Of a stretch of 64,000 bases of DNA, positions 53,299 through 64,000 are shown in pieces. The number at the start of each line of letters is the position of its first letter. Within the stretch, counting starts at the first letter, position 1. Source of the DNA: Octopus vulgaris (taxonomy: Eukaryota); assembly GCA_951406725.2 (NCBI GenBank), contig OX597815.1, forward strand, positions 23,684,001 through 23,748,000. The letters are read 5' to 3'. A program made the translations under genes and the position numbers. The notes beneath the pieces were generated by a model. That model was not told where the DNA came from. It was given only the letters and a program-made list of their open reading frames with translations, and did no database searches.

Positions 53299-53384
53299 CC
53301 AATAACATATGTATTGAAATCGCATCGCTCTCTACGTATTACCTATTTATCTTTGTGAAGAGTTACGCTGATCCTTTTAAAAAT

Positions 53385-53825
53385 TATTATGTTTTTTTCT
53401 TCTTTCTTCAAATTTTCTTCCGTTTCTTGCCTAGTGTTTTCCGTACATTTAGGGCAGAGAAGCTCATTGTATTCACTCCCAGACTACACACGCAAAGTCA
53501 CAGGTAAAATATGTATTTAAAAAATTAATAAATAAATAAATTCATGAATGTATGTTATTTTGACAGCGATAATGCTCTTCTCAGCACATGAGTCGTTCCA
53601 GTTAACACGATTTTTTGCACTTCCTATAGGGATGGTAAGCCTGGTATCATTTTCAAATAGGTTTCAGTACCTTGTTTTTTTTATCACTCCTAGCGATCCT
53701 ACAATCACTGGTACTGTAGTCGACTTGAGATGCCACATTTTTTCAATTTCTGTTAGCAAGTCTTTATATTTATTGATCTTGTCAAATTCTTTCAAAGCTA
53801 TATTGTGATCGCAAGGATTACTCAT

Positions 53826-53826
<1 letters not shown>
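53385..53826 (-). mobile_element. RLE-type LINE 3' end
   Basis: CDHNIALKEFDKINKYKDLLTEIEKMWHLK...VPVIVGSLG. Confidence 0.85.
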
Positions 53827-54040
<214 letters not shown>

Positions 54041-55136
54041 TAGTACTCTTGAAGATAATGGAATGGTAGAATCAGCGGAATGCCGAACTGTCTTGCAGAA
54101 TTTGGTCAAGTCCCCATTACACTCAGTTTCAAATCAATCGGGATCGACTTTGCTTTAAGTCAAAGTTGGAGCTTCTTAGCGGCACCACTGCCGAGGCCCC
54201 AAGAAATGGTTTTGCATTTGCTTGAAGCACATACGTAGCAATGAGGTCTGGTAATTCATTTTAGACTTTCTTTAGATTCCAGTTAGTTCTAAAGTCACCA
54301 ATTTGAGAGAGATGACATTTTGAAATTGATCTTGAAAAGGTTACCAAAATTACAGATATTTTTCATTCTCAAGAATTTATAAGTCATAAATAAGATCTAA
54401 TTCATGTCAGTTACAATGAAGGTTTAACAACAAGAAAGATCTAGCTTTTCTTTGTCCTTTCCCTATTCTTCTCACATGTTTTCCACCCTCTCTTTCTTTC
54501 TCTCGCTTTCTTTTTCTCTCTCTTCCTCTCTCTCACACATATACTCTCACACATGTAAAACAAGAGTATTAAATAACATCTTTTTAGTCTGTCATAGCTT
54601 TCTGGCTTCACACGGGAGCTTAAATTGATTAAATAAGTAAATACATAAATAAATAAATATATAGATATACAAACGAAACGATAGGTTCTTTTTCACTAAG
54701 AATATGAAAAAAGAATTATAAGTAAAGGGTGTTACCAGTCACAACTAACTCTGAGACAGTTGATAGCTCTCACATGCAATGTCTTCTTCGGGGTCTGTTT
54801 TGAAGTAGGGCAGAATATAAAATAAAGACGGCCTAGAAGATTATAACTAAATCATAATTCATGTCAGCAGAGTTTGGCGCGAAAACCAATTACCAACTAA
54901 CAAATGTATGAGTTACTTAGCGATGAGTAATAAATTAAACGGAAATCTAATAATGATAGGATAGATTATGGAGTGTGTGAGACAGAAAATGCGGTAGAGA
55001 AATATCTTTGTTGTCTGTAATCTTATTTCATGAGAGTCAAGAGAGGAAGGAATCAGTTTCAGTCAAATAATGCGGTTATCATTCGAGTGACACTATCACT
55101 TTATTAATGCATATTTTTTTTTTCGTATTTTATGTT

Positions 55137-55361
55137 GGCGATCCTTCGGTATACGTCCCGTCAGTACCGGAAGTGGCTTTGTTTACATTTCTGAAGATAA
55201 CAGAAACCCTTTTCTCCCACCCCTAACCCTAACACAAACCCTAACCCTAACCCTAACACAAACCCTAATCGTAACCCTAACCCTAACCCCTCCATATATA
55301 TAAAAAAAACACTTCCTTGAAATGTATCCGGTACCTCCGGTACGTATACCGAAGTTACGCC
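55137..55361. mobile_element. GG-ended MITE with internal (CCCTAA)n
   Basis: TIR ggcgatccttcggtatacgt / acgtataccgaagttacgcc, TSD tttatgtt/tttaagtt. Confidence 0.8.
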
Positions 55362-55369
55362 TTTAAGTT

Positions 55370-55838
55370 TTATCTTTTACCTTTTATCGTTTACTTGGTT
55401 CAGTCATTAAATTGCGGCCACTCTGGGCCCCCACCTGGAAGGGTTTAGTCGAACAAATCGACCTTAGTACTTATTTAAAAAAAAAAAAACTGGTAATTAT
55501 TCTACCAGTCCCTTTTGCTGAACCGTATATGTTACGGGAACGTAAACAAACTAGCACCGGTTGTCAAGCGATGGGGAGACGACAAATACATTCACAAAGC
55601 CCTACACACACATAATACATAATACATACATACTCATCGTGATAGATCGTTAGCCACTACACACATTTTTTTTCTCTCTTTGTTTCTCTCCTTGTTTTTT
55701 CTGTGTCCCTTTCTGTAGAAGAGCGTAGGCTCGAAACGTAAAAGATTTTTCTCTATTCCTGAGCGTTATATTAATACACCTGTTTGTTTTGCACACCACC
55801 TGTCTTCGTCTTTTGTTTTTTTCGTAAACTCTCCCTAT

Positions 55839-55894
<56 letters not shown>

Positions 55895-56020
55895 GATGGG
55901 CTTCTACACAGTTTCCATCTACCAAATTCACTGACAATGCATTGGTCGGCCTGGGACTCCAGAGATTAAAAAAAAAACACAAGGTAGTAAAGCGAGCTTC
56001 TTAACTGCACGGCCATGCTT
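55370..56020 (-). mobile_element. Decayed SINE A split by a Penelope-type insert (55640-55839, +)
   Basis: SINE halves at 55370-55615 and 55890-56020. Confidence 0.75.
55709..55744 (+). ncRNA. Minimal hammerhead motif with CUGUAGA core
   Basis: Identical to the motif at 19959-19994. Confidence 0.6.
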
Positions 56021-56279
56021 GAGCTTCTGTTTTATTTCTCTTTGAAACGTCTTCGGAAAAATGGATAATGTATTGAACGACTCGCTAAAGAAGTGTGAGT
56101 TCATTTTACGTTGCTGGTATTTTCGTTTGTTTCTGAGTAAAATAACACTTGATTCTACTAGCTCAAATTTGTCTTATTGGAAGATAAATAGTAAGTTTTT
56201 TGGAGGAAAGCTCCTTGCGATAGATTAGTGTTCTATCTTGAAAGATTTTTCGCCACAATTCATTAAGCATTACCTAACA

Positions 56280-57060
56280 TTGGGTAATGACTGAAAGAAT
56301 TCGATCATAAATACAAGCAGCCGAAATGGGGTTCCTCCGAAGACATTCTGGAGTAACGTTCCACGACATAACTCGAAGATCAGGAACTCTCTCCAAATCG
56401 AGCCGCTACTTCTCCATATTAAGAGGTCACAGTTCCGGTACTACAGGTATGTGGTTAGAATGTCGTAGCAAAGATCGCATGACGGATTCTTCAAGGCAAG
56501 AAGAGTTAGAGGTAGACCAAGAAGGAAATGGTTGGATAACATCCATAGGCGCAGGAGTGGCTGTGTGGTAAGTAGCTTGTTTACCAGCCACATGGTTTCG
56601 GGTTCAGTCCCACTGCGTGGCATCTTAGGCGAGTGTCTTCTGCTATAGCCTCGGGCCGACCAATGCCTTGTGAGTGGATTTGGAAGACGGAAACTGAAAG
56701 AAGCCCGTCGTATATATGTATATATATATATGTATGTATGTGTGTGTCTATGTTTGTGTGTCTGTTTGTCCCCCTAGCATTGCTTGACAACTGATGCTGG
56801 TGTGTTTATGTCCCCGTTACTTAGCGGTTCGGCAAAAGCGACCGATAGAATAAGTACTGGGCTTACAAAGAATAAGTCCCGGGATCGATTTGCTCGACTA
56901 AAGGCTGTGCTCCAGCATGGTCGCAGTCAAATGACTGAAACAAGTAAAAGAGTAAAAGAGAGTAAAGAGTCTCAGACGATGGTGCTTGGGAAACCAGCCG
57001 GAGAGTGTAATGATGATTGCTTTTGATAGGTCCCTATGAAGGAGGTGCCTGAGGGCTCTA
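56280..57060 (+). mobile_element. RTE-clade LINE 3' remnant interrupted by SINE A (56546-56969)
   Basis: WVMTERIRS*IQAAEMGFLRR...GRPRRKWLDNI motifs. Full SINE A inside. Confidence 0.75.
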
Positions 57061-57249
57061 TCTCGGTCATCCATGTTTCCTAAATCTGAGGCGAACAGAG
57101 TGAGGTAATCAGGATGCGACTTAGGATCACAACGGACTACACATGCAGTGTTCAAGTTTGGTGTATTGCTTAAGTAAACATTTTTTATGGTTCCAATTTT
57201 GGTCTGGAGTAACGATTATTATTAGGCCGTCTGAAGCCTTATAATAGAC

Positions 57250-57670
57250 TGGTAGTTTGGTTGAAGTGTTAGGACAACGGAAAAAATACCTTGTCGTATT
57301 TGTTCTGGCTCTTTACTTTCTGTGCCTAAATTCCGCCAAAGTCTACTTTGCCCTCATTCCTCGGGGATCGATAGAATAAAGTACCATTCAAATACTGTAG
57401 TCAATTTAATCGATTAGGCTCCTCCTCCCAAATTTACTGGCCTTGTGGCTTCGAAAGAAATCATAATTAAAAAATGTAGTAGATTAGTAGACTAATTGGA
57501 TAAAATGCCTTGCAGTATTATCTGGCTCTTTATTGTCTGAAATGAAATCTTGCCGAAGGTCAACTTTACCGTTCATCTTTCCATGGTTGATAAAATATAA
57601 TATCAGTCAGGTTTTGGAGTAGTTTTAATCAACTAAACACCGTCTCACAAATCTGTGATCTTGTGCTTAC
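57250..57670 (+). mobile_element. Two old SINE family B copies
   Basis: Diverged family motifs. Confidence 0.65.
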
Positions 57671-57866
57671 ATTATAAATAGTTATTAAGGTCTTCAGTTT
57701 TCCTTTTCGGTTAAGAGACATGAAAATTTGACTTTGTTGTTTATCGTAATCGGGTGTATTTAGTTGTTTTGGTAATTGCCCCCGGATTAAGCCTTAATTT
57801 CCATCTAGTATTAACTTCTTTGGTGTTTTACTTCTTTCTTTAATTCTTTCACTATTTATGCTATAA

Positions 57867-58240
57867 CTAGCAGTATCGCCCGGCGTTGCTCGGGTTTGTA
57901 AGGGAAATAACTATAAAGCATTTTTAGATAGTTATAGCCAAAATATGGGGGAAAAAATGATGGTAAATTTTTTTTGAGAGTTAAAAAGGTGGAGTTGCGT
58001 CCCCTAGACAGTCTGAGGTTTGTGTTTCTGATTATCGACCCCATGTCGAATTTATCGATTTTTTTCAGAACTGGGGGAACTTTTCAAAATTTTCGCTGCG
58101 TTAGTTTTGAATTATGACATTGGGCTATGTGTGTGTCAAGTTTCATCAGAATCGGTTGAAAGCCGTGGTCAGAGTGAGGGTACAACCAAACAGACACACA
58201 GAAACACACACAGACAAACTGCCGTTTATATATAGAGAGA
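57867..58240 (-). mobile_element. Non-autonomous Helitron
   Basis: ctagcagtatcgcccggcgttgctcggg end shared with 44176. Other end ...tatatagagaga-t. Confidence 0.8.
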
Positions 58241-58611
58241 TTTCTGGTGTTTAATGCTGTGTTTCCGATATTTTTTTCTTTTTAGAATGTATACTCAGAT
58301 TTATTTCCCTACTTCTTTGTGCAATGAATGCAACAGTTCGTTTTATCATGTTTTGCAACAGCTTGTATTAAAGTGTTTCACCTATTCTGGAGATAAGTGT
58401 CTGATAGATCTATAACGACTTTATAAACCATTTCTTAAGGCGCAAAATGTCTCTTCTTTTATTCTATCTTAGGATATAAATAAGTGATGTGGTCTGAATT
58501 TTGTTATTCTTTTATTCGTTTATACGTTTCAGCTCAAAAGCTGTGGCCATACTGGAGCATCGCCAGTGAGAAACCTTTTACTTATCGTTTCATGTAATTT
58601 TAAAAACATTT

Positions 58612-59013
58612 TGTGTAAGTAGCTTACTTACCAACCACATGGTTTCGGGTTCAGTCCCACTGCGTGGCACCTTGGGCAAGTGTCTTCTACTATAGCCTCG
58701 GGCCGACCAAAGCCTTGTGAGTGGATTTGGTAGACGGAAACTGAAGGAAGCCCGTCGTATGTATGTATATATATGTATATGCGTGTGTGTATATGTTTGT
58801 GTGTCTGTGTTGTCCCCCCCCCCCTAACATCGCTTGATAACCGATGCTGGTGTGTTTTACGTCCCCGTAACTTAGCGGTTCGGCAAAAGCGACCGATAGA
58901 ATAAGTGCTAGGCTTACAAAGAATAAGTCCTAGGAGTCGATTTTCTCGACTAAAGGCGGTGCTCCAGCATGGCCGCAGTCAAATGACTGAAACAAGTAAA
59001 AGAGTGAAAAAAA
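58612..59013 (+). mobile_element. SINE family A
   Basis: Full motif set, slightly 5'-truncated. Confidence 0.92.
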
Positions 59014-59424
59014 GAGCAAAGAGTGACCAACCAAGCATGTTGTTTCTGGCAAACGTCATCAGACAAGAGGTTCAATGTTGAAACCGACAGCAGGTTTAGT
59101 TTGATTCCTCATTGTTCTGATTTCAAATGTTTTCGCTATTTACTCAGACTAATTTATCGAGGACGATAATTTTAATGTCAAACCAATGGAAAAACAAGAA
59201 TTCTTTTCTGGATACATGCAGAGAAAATCATTGCTTTTGCTTTATTTCGTTTTTTATTATTATTTAATCTGTCTTTTTGTTGTTGTTACATATGCGGCTG
59301 AGGCTGCTACTGATAATGGTGATGATGACGATGATGATGATGATGATGATAGCAATTGTTGATCGTTTAATATTATAAACCATTGTAATTCTTCTTGTTC
59401 TCCTTTTTCTCCAACTTCTCTTGT

Positions 59425-59474
59425 TTCTTCTTCTTCTTCTTCTTCTTCTTCTTCTTCTTCTTCTTCTTCTTCTT

Positions 59475-59544
<70 letters not shown>

Positions 59545-59572
59545 CACCACCACCACCACCACCACTACTACC

Positions 59573-59640
<68 letters not shown>

Positions 59641-59676
59641 CACCACCACCACCACCACCACCACCACCACCACTAC
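59425..59676 (+). repeat. Compound TTC/TAC/CAC microsatellite
   Basis: Seen directly. Confidence 0.95.
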
Positions 59677-60039
59677 TTTTGTTTTTCCTTGTTCTGATTC
59701 ATTTTAATATTTATCAATCTGCTCGCTTTCTTCCACTTCAGCCTCCAAAACCAACCATCACCTCCTCCTCCCCCTCCTCATCCCACCCCCCGCCGTCCTT
59801 GTTATACCTAATACAGCGGATGTAAATGATGTCGATGTGTGTTTAACATCCTCCTATAGTTGTCAAAAGGTGACGTCAGAGAAAGGTATGTCATTGAAAC
59901 TTTTCATTATCTTTGATCATAACATGTACTGCGTGCGTTCGATTTTACATTAACTACACTTGTCACCCCCAACACACACACACACACACACACACACACT
60001 CCCATTTTCTCTCTCCTGCTCACTACCCACACGCAAACG

Positions 60040-61310
<1,271 letters not shown>

Positions 61311-61739
61311 ATGCAAACGCTCACGCGCACTTACGTGCGCACCTGAGTTATTCGAATTATAGAGATGCAGAGATTTGGATATAACATCTAATAACATTGA
61401 GGAAGAGGTTGGTGATATAATAGAAAACAGGTAGGAATTTAAACAGTGACGAAATATTGATTTCTTATATAAGACACAATGCTTTATAGGTATAGGAATT
61501 GAGATTGTATGATGTTGATGTGTTCTCAAGGGCATTGAGTAAGCGAAGCGAAATTTCTGAGCCAAGAATGAAAACCAGGTTGAAACTATGGACTTTCTGA
61601 GCGTGCTTTCTTCTCTCTTTTTTAAAAAATTCTTTTTCTTCCACAACGATCGTCACTATGTGTTTGAAGTGTTTCTGATTAGAGTACAAGGGAGTAGATT
61701 TAAAGTGCATGTGTGTGTGAGTGGGGTGGGTGTCATGCC

Positions 61740-61885
61740 ATCGACCCTTGATATGTTAGCGACACCGAAAGGATGAAAAGCTAAGACAACGTCGGCTGAA
61801 TTCGAACTCAGAACGTAAAGCGCAGGAAGAAATGCCGCTAAGTATTTTATCTGGCTCCCTAGCAATTCAGCCAACTCGCCGTCTT
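61740..61885 (-). mobile_element. SINE family B fragment
   Basis: ccgaaaggatgaaa...gaattcgaactcagaacgtaaag. Confidence 0.75.
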
Positions 61886-61889
61886 AAGC

Positions 61890-62462
61890 GAAGGCCAGTA
61901 ATTTAGTAGGGAAAGGAAAAAATCAAACACGGTGAGGTCTGGAAATCTCGCAGGCCAAGCACGAAGAGCAAGGTCTTGGGCCCTTTTCCGACCAATCCAT
62001 CGCTGGGGCACTTTTTCATTTAAAAAAGCTCGACCCATCAAGTGCCAGTGGGATGGTTTTCCATCTTGTTGAAAAATGAAGTTATGCGAATCTGCCAGCA
62101 GTGAAGTGAAGAGCCAGTTTTAGAGCATATCGAGATAGGTTTGTCTTGTAACGGTGTTTCCTTCAAAGAAAAAGGGTCTATAAACCTTGTTCTGAGACAC
62201 AGCACAGAAAACGTTCACCTTAGGAGAGAGAACAGCGATCAACTCAGTGGATCATGATAAGCTGATACGCGTCTGGGAGGAATTCTCTTATTGCATTGAT
62301 GTTGCTCGTGCTGCAGGTGGTGGCCACATCGAACACTTGTAAGACAGGATATAAAAGTTGATTCTGAGTAAATACTTGTGACTTAGCTGGAGTATTTTAT
62401 TGCTTTTCTTTATTAAAATATTGCGTAATGAAATCGGTTCATTCTTTCTGAATAACCCTGAA
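61890..62462. pseudogene. Rearranged Tc1/mariner (rosa/DD41D-like) transposase remnant
   Basis: - strand: YLDML...FQQDG.P.HW...RWIGR...WPAR.PDLT.FDFFL. + strand: DVARAAGGGHIEHL* and TIR-like ttctgaataaccctg. Confidence 0.75.
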
Positions 62463-62548
62463 TATATATATAAGAAGTGGAGAGTAAGACAGAAACGGAA
62501 ATAGTGGAATCGGTGAAAAAATAGAAAGAGAATACTCGAGAGAAAGAG

Positions 62549-62614
<66 letters not shown>

Positions 62615-64000
62615 AGAAAGGTGGATGGAGAAAAGGGAAAGTCTATAGTCTTCTGCATTTGTGTGTTTAAATTGCAGGCACAATCGAAATGTTTAACATA
62701 ATGAGATAATGTCATGAAGATCTATAAATTTATGCAGTAAAAGATATATCGATAGATAGTCAAAATAACCTTAGCAAATAGCTGTGGATGTCATACTTTT
62801 ATATGTTCCAGTCCCGTTTACAATGTTCGTTCGTTTGTCTGTTTTTCAGTAAATAAGCTTTTATTTCTATTTCTATGTATATATGTACGTCACATATTAC
62901 AGTTTGTAATGTCCCGTTTGTAATGTAGAGTTTTGTATTCAGTGAGTAAGCGCATATCTTTTTCCTATGTACATATCATAATCATATGAAATATAGTTTG
63001 TATTTATTTATTTACTTTATAAATATGTAATAAAAGATTGTAAATAATAAACATTTAATTCAATATATGTGAATAAGTTTTATCTTTTTAATTCCTCATT
63101 TATTTCCTTAAACTATAAAGCTCATCATATCATCTATCAAATGTATTAAAAGAAGATAAGTAAGCAATACCATCTATGTTCATTTCAATTATATTTAAAA
63201 GTACAGCTTTGATTAAATGGCAGGATTTCAAAAGAATTTTTTGAAATTCTTTGCTTGCGTTTAATATATTAATATAATGTTTTCAAACGTGCTGACTTAC
63301 ATCGTGGAATTTCCATGGGTTCCGCTAGTTGTTATGATTGAATGTCGAAATCCGAGAGCTTTCCACCGCACTTCAGTGCACAAAATGTTGGTTAAGTGCC
63401 AGCGTCAAAAGAAGATTATTCTGTAAGGATAATTTTAGTAATCTTGAAGTTTTTTCGAATATAAATCCTTTCGTTCATGAAGTATCTGATGATGCAATCC
63501 CACAAATCAGCATTTTTACTTTTGACGGATATCTATACAACTAAATTCGACAAATCGAGCCAACGACGGAGTTTCTATGCAATAACTCCGCCTGCAAGAA
63601 GTAGCAGCCAAATTACCTCAAATCACATCCTACGTCCTTAAAATATGGAGGACACACTGACCAATAAAATCCGAAATATACATAAAAGAAGGGTTGGGCA
63701 GGACTGAAAATGCCTTTCGTCATAGGTTTATTTGACTAGAGTTTATCTGGGTCTAAACAACACCTTCGAGAAATAGCATTCAAATCTCCCTCAGTTTACA
63801 TCCTGCCATTTTAAAAAAGGGAAGACTTATTGAACAACGCATTCCCGGGTCTACAAAAAAGTCGAGATGATCATTGTTAAAACGTCTTTTACCATCGGTT
63901 TATTTGATCAGTTCTGATCTGGAAGATAAATGACAACATCTTCGTATTTCAGTTAAATTCAATGTTTGTGTCAGTGGCTTAGGTAGATTTAAATCTAGTT

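Larger units (their letters stand above)
52468..53340. mobile_element. ~870 bp fold-back element with a hammerhead motif in each arm
   Basis: Arms are diverged reverse complements centred near 52900. Confidence 0.8.

Noticed and set aside
55221-55290. CCCTAA tracts as a telomere or fusion scar
   Set aside because: They are short and enclosed by MITE TIRs and a TSD.
59860-59885. 26-nt plus-strand micro-exon (ctcctatAG...aagGTATGT)
   Set aside because: Such signals arise often by chance and there is no other support.

Overview
AT-rich, microsatellite-dense animal genomic DNA. Its SINE repertoire resembles Octopus-type cephalopods, which is an inference and not a database result. No intact protein-coding gene is evident, and most long ORFs in the track are translated microsatellites. 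The window is mainly decayed mobile elements: three tRNA-derived SINE families (about 30 copies), RLE-type (R4/Dong/NeSL-like) LINE ends, an almost full-length hAT transposase pseudogene, Merlin (IS1595-like), Tc1/mariner, Gypsy and RTE remnants, non-autonomous Helitrons, and GG-ended MITEs carrying internal TTAGGG. Three signals stand out. (1) Penelope-type fold-back elements carry type I hammerhead ribozyme motifs with different core variants, including a near-canonical one at 14632-14682 and a pair with a compensatory U3:A8 core at 52510-52552 and 53256-53298. (2) A tRNA with an Arg(TCT)-type body but a Thr(TGT) anticodon lies at 5789-5861. (3) There are two apparent local templated duplications and a strong strand bias of LINE remnants. 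Ends of decayed elements are approximate, and all protein and RNA family calls are by-eye motif recognition.
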